Positions 1-6,468 of a stretch of 11,654 bases of DNA are shown piece by piece. How positions within the stretch are numbered: position 1 is the stretch's first letter; the number at the start of each line of letters is the position of its first letter. Position numbers and translations under genes: made by a program. Below the pieces are notes generated by a model, which worked only from the letters and a program-made list of their open reading frames with translations, did no database searches and had not been told where the DNA came from. Origin of the DNA: a virus; IMG/VR virus record IMGVR_UViG_3300045988_043402, one strand, 5' to 3'.

Positions 1-13
1 GCTCTTCCGATCT
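1..13. other. Illumina adapter remnant, not biological
   Basis: GCTCTTCCGATCT is the reverse complement of the TruSeq read-through adapter AGATCGGAAGAGC. It is mirrored at the other end of the window. Confidence 0.95.
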
Positions 14-78
14 AAAGGTACACAAGGCACGTAGATTTAACATTTCCCAACGCATATTTAACCGTTGTTAACACACTT

Positions 79-94
79 TGGCACGCTTTTTGCC
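79..94 (+). promoter_or_regulatory. Sigma54-like -24/-12 element (TGGCACG-N4-TTGC) overlapping a TGGCAC/GTGCCA inverted repeat (79..84 / 96..101)
   Basis: TGGCACGCTTTTTGCC has GG and GC separated by 10 nt, as in the RpoN consensus TGGCAC-N5-TTGC. It points inward. It could instead be a protein-binding palindrome. Confidence 0.3.
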
Positions 95-183
95 TGTGCC
101 ACAATTACGATTATTTAACACTTTTAACACATCGTAACAAAGTTAATTTTTCTTAAACTTTGCTATCGCCCTGTTAACAAAAA

Positions 184-265
184 TGTTTCACGTGGAACGG
201 TGGCAAAGTGATTGTTTCACGTGGAACAAATGAGGGTAATGAACAAAAATGTTTCACGTGGAACA
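184..265 (+). promoter_or_regulatory. Three copies of a near-palindromic 15-16 bp site TGTTTCACGTGGAAC(A), operator-like
   Basis: Exact copies lie at 184..198, 213..228 and 250..265. TGTTnCACGTGnAACA is palindromic at 14 of 16 positions, which suggests a dimeric DNA-binding protein site. Confidence 0.6.
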
Positions 266-319
266 AATAAGTGTTAACAACAGTTAATTTTATTCTTTAA
301 GACTTTTTAACTAAAATAA

Positions 320-351
320 TTTGGTGGTTTCGCAAAATCGTTGTATCTTTG
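320..351 (+). promoter_or_regulatory. Bacteroidota-type promoter (-33 TTTG, -7 TAtcTTTG) at the inner edge of the left ITR
   Basis: TTTG at 320..323 and TATCTTTG at 344..351 are separated by exactly 20 nt. This matches the Bacteroides primary sigma consensus TTTG / TAnnTTTG. It drives the plus-strand genes. Confidence 0.7.
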
Positions 352-353
352 CA

Positions 354-469
354 ACAAGTTTGGAAAAGATGCAAGTTCATTCTTGCGACTGATTCAAACA
401 AGTAAGAGAATAGGTAAATGTTTAACCGCCTGTAAGGTTCACCCATTACAGGCTTAAAATAATTGATAT
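354..469 (+). ncRNA. Structured untranslated leader or candidate small RNA downstream of the left ITR promoter
   Basis: About 110 nt with no credible ORF. It contains nested pairings: GTTTGGA 358..364 with TTCAAAC 393..399, enclosing GCAAG 371..375 with CTTGC 382..386. An 8-bp hairpin follows, GCCTGTAA 428..435 with TTACAGGC 446..453. No function has been shown. Confidence 0.25.
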
Positions 470-673
470 ATGGAATATTCATATTTTAGAATCACATTGA
501 AACAAACCGACAAAGTTACGGTTTTTATGGTACGTTCTGACAAAGTAAGTGAGTTCTTTAATAATAAGATTGATTACGTACAGAGCGATTGTTCAATAAC
601 AGTTAAGGGGCGTTTTTCAACGCATAAAGAGTCTCGCAAATGGTTTATTGTTTCACCAACAGAAAATAAATAA
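470..673 (+). CDS. Hypothetical protein, 67 aa
   Basis: First ORF after the left promoter. Its stop is 5 nt before the endolysin start. I recognise no motif. An alternative start is ATG 527. Confidence 0.5.
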   Translation: MEYSYFRITLKQTDKVTVFMVRSDKVSEFFNNKIDYVQSDCSITVKGRFSTHKESRKWFIVSPTENK

Positions 674-678
674 CTGAT

Positions 679-1104
679 ATGAAAAGAATTAAGTATTTCA
701 GTTTAGCAGAATTTATTCATTCTACAACCGCCAAACGTTTAAACATTGACAATACGCCAACGTTTGAAATAGTTGATAACTTGAATCGTTTGGCTGATTA
801 TTTGGATAACATTCGTGAAAAGTTGGGCAAACCAATTTTAGTTAATAGTGGCTATCGTTGCCCCGTGTTAAACAAAGCCGTTGGTGGTGTGGCTAACAGT
901 CAACACCAAAAAGGTTTAGCGGCTGATTTGGTTTGCGCTGATATGACAAAACTTGAATCGGTGTTAAGAGAAACAGGCGGTTTTGACCAACTTATTAAAG
1001 AACACCGCAAAGGTTTCCCGAACTCATTTTGGTTTCACGTTTCAGTTTGCCAACGTAACGGCAAACCCCGTAACCAAATTATAATGAATTTGGAAAAGAA
1101 ATAG
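679..1104 (+). CDS. Endolysin, peptidase M15 (zinc D-Ala-D-Ala carboxypeptidase / L-Ala-D-Glu peptidase fold)
   Basis: Carries SGYRCPVLN, SQHQKGLAAD and WFHVS, the SxHxxGxAxD...H zinc-ligand pattern of M15 phage lysins. It is a single domain of 141 aa with no cell-wall-binding domain, as is typical for Gram-negative hosts. Confidence 0.85.
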   Translation: MKRIKYFSLAEFIHSTTAKRLNIDNTPTFEIVDNLNRLADYLDNIREKLGKPILVNSGYRCPVLNKAVGGVANSQHQKGLAADLVCADMTKLESVLRETGGFDQLIKEHRKGFPNSFWFHVSVCQRNGKPRNQIIMNLEKK

Positions 1105-1106
1105 TT

Positions 1107-1355
1107 ATGGATAAAGCAATAAAAGTTTTGTTGAAATCGGTCAAAGGTACAACAGAATCTTTGAAGTATATAGCAGAAAATACAACAGGTACAAACGGTA
1201 TGTTATTAAGTTCTGTTATTGATACACTAAAAGCACAAGAACTAGTAATAAAAACTATTTCGTGCAAACTTGATGAAGAAACGGCAAAGAAAAACCGTGC
1301 TTTGGATTTTATTTGCAGCAAAAATTTAGCCTACGAATTTACTAACAAAAAATAA
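1107..1355 (+). CDS. Hypothetical protein, 82 aa
   Basis: Starts 2 nt after the lysin stop and ends just before the bidirectional terminator. It has no transmembrane segment or lipobox, so it is not an obvious holin or spanin. Confidence 0.55.
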   Translation: MDKAIKVLLKSVKGTTESLKYIAENTTGTNGMLLSSVIDTLKAQELVIKTISCKLDEETAKKNRALDFICSKNLAYEFTNKK

Positions 1356-1394
1356 GAAAAACAGGTAGCATTTATTTGCTACCTGTTTTCTTTT
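1356..1394. terminator. Bidirectional intrinsic terminator between the convergent arms
   Basis: A perfect 13-bp stem, AAAACAGGTAGCA 1358..1370 with TGCTACCTGTTTT 1377..1389, has a 6-nt loop. An A-run lies on one side and a T-run on the other. Confidence 0.85.
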
Positions 1395-2922
1395 ATAAAT
1401 AAACGCCTGTTTCAAGTTGTGAAACAATTTCGTTATATTCATCTACCAGCAAATTAACAGTGTTCAAATCAATGTTTTTGAACTGTGCAAACCCTGTTAC
1501 GTCCCCAATAGTTACGTTTTCTTGCGTGTTGTTAATAGGTACGTTTACGGTCAAATTTTCGGTAATTAAAACGTAAGGTTCTAAACCGTACAAAATTTGT
1601 TCGTTCCATTGTTCACCGCCAACAACGTTTAAATCTGTGCCCAAACGGTAAATAACATCACGTGACAAAGAAAAACTTTCAATTTGAAATGTTACACCAT
1701 CGCACGACAACAACGCCACGGCATCACCTGTAATTACGTTAACTTTGATAGATAAATTAACCGTTTTACCGATGTAATTACTATCAATAGAAACAACGCC
1801 ACGGCACGGGATAAACATTTGAATCTGTGCGTTATAGTCTTCATTATTACCGTTTACCCCTGTTAGTTCAACGTTGCCGAAATCTAGTAACATAACATCA
1901 CTATCGGGATATTTAACCTTTATCCCTGTGTTGTGGTTACCGCATTTCAAAACATCGTCACCACCAACGGGAACGGCTGCAAATATTCTTTTGATACGGT
2001 TTACATAAGCACCCAAATTAACCTCAGAATAAGTTGTGCCCGTGTCACTTTCGCCCGTTGGTTTAAAGAAACGTTTCTTTGAAAATTCGTTCAAATTTTC
2101 CAACGTAACAATATAAACATTTATTGCACCGTAATTTTTAATCGTTGGAGGTTGCACTACATCGGCATTTGCATAAACTGTAAACTGCGATGCACCCGAT
2201 GTTAAATTAATCGTTACTGTGCCCGTTTGCTTATCTTCCGAAATCGTGCCTTTACTTACAATAGGGTCACCCGAATCGTTTATGAAATCTGCCTGTATCT
2301 CTGTTAATTCTGCATTCGGTTTCGCTTTGAAATTAAACGTGTAACTTTGCCCTGTCTTTACCTTTACAGGTTTTTCGCCAACAATTTCGCAATTTGTTAG
2401 ACTGTAATCAACTACAATAAAATCGCCCAAAAGATACTCACCGTTTATTATAACGGATTCCGTTGCAATAGGAACAATAATTGTTGCAGTTTGGTTTGTT
2501 ACGGTCATTTCGTAAGTTTCGCCACCGTATGTTATTGTAGGCGTACCGTTAAACATTCCCCGTGCCGTTCCCTCAACTGTAACGGTGTAATTTGTTTCAC
2601 TTGCCACCGCTTTTGCAGTTGTGTTTGCAATATTGTTAGTTATTTGCAGTTCCTTTACACCCGAAATAAATTCACCTGTTATAGAAATTTCGGCACCTCT
2701 AGAGCAATAAACCGTAAGTGTACCAACGTTGCCCGAAACATTAAACGGGTCTTCCACCCAATCACCGTCCCAATCTTGATAACTAGCAATTAAATCGGTA
2801 AACGTACCGTCACCGTTGCCCGTCACTGTTATAATAAAATGGTGTGAATCATCACCCTGTTTGTCGGTTATTGTAACGTCACCCGTGAGATTCGATGTAT
2901 CGTAAGTTAATAAATTTGCCAT
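1393..2922 (-). CDS. Tail / receptor-binding protein, 509 aa
   Basis: Last and largest gene of the structural operon. The N-terminal ~250 aa is rich in beta-strand-like T/V/I repeats (ITVTGNG, YTVTVEG, TVTINLT), consistent with Ig-like domains. The function is assigned from position and composition only. Confidence 0.55.
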   Translation of the reverse strand: MANLLTYDTSNLTGDVTITDKQGDDSHHFIITVTGNGDGTFTDLIASYQDWDGDWVEDPFNVSGNVGTLTVYCSRGAEISITGEFISGVKELQITNNIANTTAKAVASETNYTVTVEGTARGMFNGTPTITYGGETYEMTVTNQTATIIVPIATESVIINGEYLLGDFIVVDYSLTNCEIVGEKPVKVKTGQSYTFNFKAKPNAELTEIQADFINDSGDPIVSKGTISEDKQTGTVTINLTSGASQFTVYANADVVQPPTIKNYGAINVYIVTLENLNEFSKKRFFKPTGESDTGTTYSEVNLGAYVNRIKRIFAAVPVGGDDVLKCGNHNTGIKVKYPDSDVMLLDFGNVELTGVNGNNEDYNAQIQMFIPCRGVVSIDSNYIGKTVNLSIKVNVITGDAVALLSCDGVTFQIESFSLSRDVIYRLGTDLNVVGGEQWNEQILYGLEPYVLITENLTVNVPINNTQENVTIGDVTGFAQFKNIDLNTVNLLVDEYNEIVSQLETGVYL

Positions 2923-2924
2923 AA

Positions 2925-3368
2925 TTAAACGTTACCTTTAATAGTTACCATAATAATACTACCTGTTTCGTTCAACAACCCTTTATTTGGAAAATCTATT
3001 TTTCTGATATTAGGGCGAACATCCACCACGTTTGCACGGTTTGAAAGATATTGGTTACCGTTTTCACTTTTTGTTAACGTTGCAGTACTGTTTAAGATAA
3101 TATCCTTATAAGTAAACAGAACGTCAACACGCAAACGAACTGTGCAAATATCCCCGTCGTGATTCAATTCTGAAACAAAATAATAACGGTTCAAACTTTC
3201 TATAAAAACATAATTGAAACTTACAGGTGTGCGAGTTCTGAAACGAACAACAGGCGTTAACACGTTAAACGTTGCATTCAATTCGCCCGTGTATTCTTCG
3301 TTTTCCTGTAAGGTCTTGTTAACGGCATTCGGTTTACCGTCATAAATAAACGTTTTAATTTTAATCAT
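2925..3368 (-). CDS. Tail tube/knob N-terminal-domain-like structural protein, 147 aa from ATG 3368
   Basis: FNYVFIESLNRYYFVSEL...VRLRVDVLFTY resembles, from memory, the N-terminal domain of phi29 gp9-type tail knob proteins (SYIMFQN...KWFYAFVTEL...FEIDVLQTW). The ORF-track start at 3407 lies inside the loop of the upstream terminator hairpin, so ATG 3368 is preferred. Confidence 0.55.
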   Translation of the reverse strand: MIKIKTFIYDGKPNAVNKTLQENEEYTGELNATFNVLTPVVRFRTRTPVSFNYVFIESLNRYYFVSELNHDGDICTVRLRVDVLFTYKDIILNSTATLTKSENGNQYLSNRANVVDVRPNIRKIDFPNKGLLNETGSIIMVTIKGNV

Positions 3369-3374
3369 ACCGCT

Positions 3375-3424
3375 AAAATTTAAAAGGGCGTGTCCCTGCG
3401 CTATCATCTACAGGAAACACGCCC
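3375..3424 (-). terminator. Intrinsic terminator / attenuator immediately after the capsid gene
   Basis: The minus strand reads GGGCGTGTTTCCTG-loop-CAGGGACACGCCC followed by TTTTAAATTTT. It lies 19 nt downstream of the capsid gene stop. Confidence 0.7.
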
Positions 3425-3442
3425 CAACAGTTAAACAACCAA

Positions 3443-4627
3443 TTAGGCTATAAAGAACACTACAAAGTTTTCGTTTGTGTCGTTGAAGTAGCCCGCATCG
3501 AATTTATAATAATTGTTGAAAAATTCTGCTTTGGCGTTGTAGTTGGTTGTTACTCGCTTATCCAAGTTTGTAACACCCAAAGCGTCACGGTCAAACATCA
3601 CACCCAACACGCCACTTATAGAAACCGTTGCACCGCTTGCAGATTTTACATCTATCTTTGAAACGTTGGCAAAAGCGTAATCTTTGCCCGTTGCTTGCCA
3701 ACTTGCCACGGTTTCAGCCTGTGGTAATAATACGTTTTCATTGTGGAACGTATCGGCATACAGATAAGTTTTTGCGGCAGCTGCAAAGTCACTCAACAAA
3801 ACGGCGTGTAACACGTCCTTTGGTGTGAAACGTTCTTTTCCACCCACGTTAAACAGGGTTGAAATGGTCTGCAAACGGTCTGAGTACAAACCCATAATAT
3901 ACGCTGCAAAGCGGATAAAATCGGGTGTGGTAATTGCCGTATCTACTGTAATCTGTGCACCTGTTTTTTCTTTGTAAAGTTTCAACAGGTTGACACAACG
4001 AACAGTTGATGCACTTGAATAATCTACTGTTCCTTGTGTTGATGCATCGAAGCCGAAAGCTTTTTTGTCAGCGTCCAAAGTTTCTGCAATCATATTGTTA
4101 ATTGTACGCATAATAAGCGCATCGGTCTTAATAGTCATTGACTTTTCAACAGCGTTGTAAATCATTGACAGAAAACCGTTCAACTGTTCCGCACTGCTGA
4201 AAGATTCTTTAACCTGTCTTTCTGTGATAGATACGGGAACTTCAAAAGTTACCTTTGAGTTAAAGAATTTAGCGGAAACAGTCGGTTTGTGAAATACGTC
4301 CTGTTTGTACTCTTTGCCGTCCTGTAAGTTCCACGTGTCATTCTCTTCAGCATTTGGAACGTCAGCGGAAATCTTTTCCAATACCGAACCAAATTCCCAC
4401 GCATCCATAAGAACGGACGGAACTTTACCCGAATAAGGACGGTTAACAAACACTACTTTACCGATATGGTTAACCAACGATTTAACGTAATTATCAACGG
4501 CATTCTGATTAAACACCTCATTACCCAAATCGACAATACCTGTAAGGTCTTCTTTAACCAAATCGCTTTTGCCTAATACTTCATCTGAAACGCTATTAAT
4601 AAGCGTGTAAATCTGTTTTACTTCCAT
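3443..4627 (-). CDS. Major capsid protein, phi29 gp8-like (HK97 fold)
   Basis: 394 aa. DNYVKSLVNHIGKVVF and LNGFLSMIYNAVEKS resemble, from memory, the phi29 gp8 segments NDFITSLVDRIGLVV and FESFVSSIINAIYNSAE. It lies downstream of the portal and is followed by its own terminator. Confidence 0.8.
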   Translation of the reverse strand: MEVKQIYTLINSVSDEVLGKSDLVKEDLTGIVDLGNEVFNQNAVDNYVKSLVNHIGKVVFVNRPYSGKVPSVLMDAWEFGSVLEKISADVPNAEENDTWNLQDGKEYKQDVFHKPTVSAKFFNSKVTFEVPVSITERQVKESFSSAEQLNGFLSMIYNAVEKSMTIKTDALIMRTINNMIAETLDADKKAFGFDASTQGTVDYSSASTVRCVNLLKLYKEKTGAQITVDTAITTPDFIRFAAYIMGLYSDRLQTISTLFNVGGKERFTPKDVLHAVLLSDFAAAAKTYLYADTFHNENVLLPQAETVASWQATGKDYAFANVSKIDVKSASGATVSISGVLGVMFDRDALGVTNLDKRVTTNYNAKAEFFNNYYKFDAGYFNDTNENFVVFFIA

Positions 4628-4645
4628 TTTTATAAAATTTAAGCA

Positions 4646-5215
4646 TTAATAAATATCTATTGTTAACTCTTTTGCAAGTTCTGCAATAACTTGCGTTTTA
4701 AAATTTGTTCTTCTAAGAATCATTTCTTTTTGAACAATTTCACTAACAGGAACACCATTCGGCAAACTGTTCTTAACAGTTGTTTTCGTGCCCGTTTCTT
4801 GTCGGTTTCCTGTGGAATCTCTTTGCTGCTTTGTGTCATTTCCGAAATCTCCATTATTAAATGTTACACTTGAATCGACCGTGTTATTATTGCCTGTTTC
4901 ATCAACGGTGTTATTTGTTGTTTCCGTCAACTTTTCAGTAACAGGGTTTAACGGGTCATATTCGTTATTAAACACTTGAATCTGTTTTTGCCATTCGTCA
5001 AACTTCACCGTGATAATGCTTTTAACAATATCGCTTGCAGTTTCGGGCGTAACGGCATTTACTAGCGTTCTGTTTCCATATTTGAAACGAAAATCAATAT
5101 CAATTAAAACGGGGTCATCTTCATTAAATATTGATTTGTACAAAACAGGAAACAGGGGTTTAAAGATTTTTTCAAACAAACCATTTTCACCCGTGAAAAG
5201 TTCATTAATTTTCAT
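4646..5215 (-). CDS. Hypothetical structural protein, 189 aa (scaffold or head-tail adaptor candidate)
   Basis: Lies between the portal and capsid genes, the usual scaffold position. It has a central N/T/D/G-rich low-complexity segment. Its start overlaps the portal stop by 11 nt. Confidence 0.4.
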   Translation of the reverse strand: MKINELFTGENGLFEKIFKPLFPVLYKSIFNEDDPVLIDIDFRFKYGNRTLVNAVTPETASDIVKSIITVKFDEWQKQIQVFNNEYDPLNPVTEKLTETTNNTVDETGNNNTVDSSVTFNNGDFGNDTKQQRDSTGNRQETGTKTTVKNSLPNGVPVSEIVQKEMILRRTNFKTQVIAELAKELTIDIY

Positions 5216-6242
5216 CTTTGTTTTCTTTTTCTTCTGTTTCCGTTTCTGTTTCTTCTGTTTCTTGCGTTTCTTCTGTTTCTGTTTCCGTTTCTTCTGTTTC
5301 TTGCGTTTCTTCTGTTTCGTTTTCGTTTACGGGGTCAACGTCTTCTGTGTCGGTGTGTTCGTGCCTGTCTTCTGTGGCTTTGAGTAACGATAAATAGTTT
5401 TCGTGCTCAATTTTCCAACTTGAACCCAACGTTACGGCTATTTCCGTACCAAACATTTCGTTAACACGTTTAACGCCCTCAACACGTTCATTTAACATTG
5501 AATCAACAAACGGCATTAAAGCGTCTATATTCATCGAAACTTCTTGCGTGTTCAAACGTTCACGTTTCATATTATAATTTGCGTTCAAACCCAAATCGTT
5601 AAACAGTGACGCTTTGTAGTACTGCAAAAGTTCAATCATTTGCGTTATCTGTTGGTTACTTTGCGTTGGCGGTGTTTGCATATTTACACCTTTGAAAAAC
5701 GCATTTTCACCAACAACCGAGAAATCACCGTCCAGAATCTTTTGCAGAAACGATTCTGCACTTTGTTTGGTCTTATCATCACTAGCAGAAATAAGCATTG
5801 TTATTCTAGTTAAAATGCTAGTCATATTCAACGTTATAACTGCATCGGTGTAAAGTACGCCGTATTTTCCGATAATTGGCAAAATTGAATCTGCAAACGG
5901 TGTGTTGTTGATAACTACAATATTATCACCGATTTTGAAAGTTTTATCCAACTTTAACCACGGGTTTGCGACAACGAAATCTTTGCCCCAATAATACGCA
6001 TCACATTCGCCACCACGTGAACCCTGTAAGGCGTACAAATCACCGTTAACTTTGGCGATTCCAACATTACCGCTAGTTTGCAGAATCTTTTCAAGTTCTA
6101 CAGGTGGCATTGTTTCGGGCGTTCCTGTATATTCAAACATTTTTGAAGTCATGCAAAGAACACGTTGCATAAAAGTATTTAATGCAGAATCTTTGTTTTT
6201 AACTTCTGTTTGATACAGGTTATATAAATTTTCTTTCTTCAT
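5205..6242 (-). CDS. Portal (connector) protein, phi29 gp10-like
   Basis: FEYTGTPETMPPVELEKIL, NIVVINNTPFADS and FNDLGLNANYNMKRERLNTQEVSMN parallel, from memory, phi29 gp10 FEWENLPPTINPSFLEKSI, VVIYNNDMAFPT and [24 protein letters not shown]. At 345 aa the size is comparable. Confidence 0.85.
   Translation of the reverse strand: MKKENLYNLYQTEVKNKDSALNTFMQRVLCMTSKMFEYTGTPETMPPVELEKILQTSGNVGIAKVNGDLYALQGSRGGECDAYYWGKDFVVANPWLKLDKTFKIGDNIVVINNTPFADSILPIIGKYGVLYTDAVITLNMTSILTRITMLISASDDKTKQSAESFLQKILDGDFSVVGENAFFKGVNMQTPPTQSNQQITQMIELLQYYKASLFNDLGLNANYNMKRERLNTQEVSMNIDALMPFVDSMLNERVEGVKRVNEMFGTEIAVTLGSSWKIEHENYLSLLKATEDRHEHTDTEDVDPVNENETEETQETEETETETEETQETEETETETEEKENKDEN
5229..5318 (-). repeat. 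39-nt tandem repeat (2.3 copies) encoding the Glu/Thr-rich C-terminal tail of the portal
   Basis: Units 5280..5318 and 5241..5279 are identical at 37 of 39 nt. A 12-nt partial unit lies at 5229..5240. Each unit encodes ETEETQETEETET. Confidence 0.9.
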
Positions 6243-6436
6243 TACTTGATAAGCGTTTTAATTAACGTACAAAGTTCTGTTAACACTTTCGTGTTACTTT
6301 GTACTGTTTCGTTTAACTTGTCGGTTTCGTTTTGGTGGCGTTCGTTCTGTTTCTCCATATAGAAGAAAAGGGCGATACAAACCGAAACAGGAAAACCAAC
6401 GTTACTAATTAAAGATACGATTCCGTTTAAATCCAT
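6242..6436 (-). CDS. Small single-pass membrane protein, 64 aa (holin candidate, YvrJ-like N-terminus)
   Basis: One hydrophobic helix (IVSLISNVGFPVSVCIALFFYM) is followed by a charged helical tail. It is the first gene after the central promoter, and its stop overlaps the portal start (TAATG). Confidence 0.5.
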   Translation of the reverse strand: MDLNGIVSLISNVGFPVSVCIALFFYMEKQNERHQNETDKLNETVQSNTKVLTELCTLIKTLIK

Positions 6437-6468
6437 ATAGTAAATTTTAACTTTGTTATTTTACGTTG

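Larger units (their letters stand above)
14..353. repeat. Left inverted terminal repeat, 340 bp
   Basis: A block-by-block comparison shows 14..353 is the exact reverse complement of 11302..11641. Identity stops at 354 (a), which corresponds to g at 11301. The end reads 5'-AAAGGTA. Confidence 0.95.

Noticed and set aside
138-145. Outward-facing TAacTTTG on the minus strand of the left ITR, which could drive a transcript towards the genome end as in phi29 pRNA
   Set aside because: It has no -33 TTTG partner at the proper spacing. TAnnTTTG alone is expected about a dozen times by chance in a genome of this size and composition.
184-265. Possibility that the three spaced repeats are a mini CRISPR array
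   Set aside because: The repeats are only 15-16 bp, with irregular spacing of 29 and 37 nt start to start. They are palindromic, lie inside an ITR and are duplicated in inverted orientation. No cas genes are present.
1-353. The ITRs could be an assembly artefact (fold-back chimera)
   Set aside because: Fold-back artefacts duplicate adjacent sequence as a hairpin, not 340 bp at opposite ends of 11 kb of unique sequence. ITRs are expected for a protein-primed replicon, and the repeat boundary coincides with a functional landmark at the promoter edge. This still deserves read-level confirmation.
297-482. 61-aa minus-strand ORF spanning the left ITR boundary
   Set aside because: It crosses the ITR promoter and the leader hairpin and would be transcribed outward towards the genome end with no promoter. 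A coding ITR part would also be duplicated at the other end without an ORF there.
3653-3660. Plus-strand TATCTTTG inside the capsid gene, a possible antisense promoter
   Set aside because: There is no TTTG at the required 19-21 nt upstream, only GTTG at 22 nt. It lies in coding sequence, and roughly one chance occurrence of this 8-mer is expected on the two strands.
5010-5387. 125-aa plus-strand ORF rich in F, C and R (FCFRFCFFCFLRFF...)
   Set aside because: It is the antisense reading of the portal acidic tandem repeat and overlaps two well-supported minus-strand genes. I treat it as a low-complexity shadow ORF.
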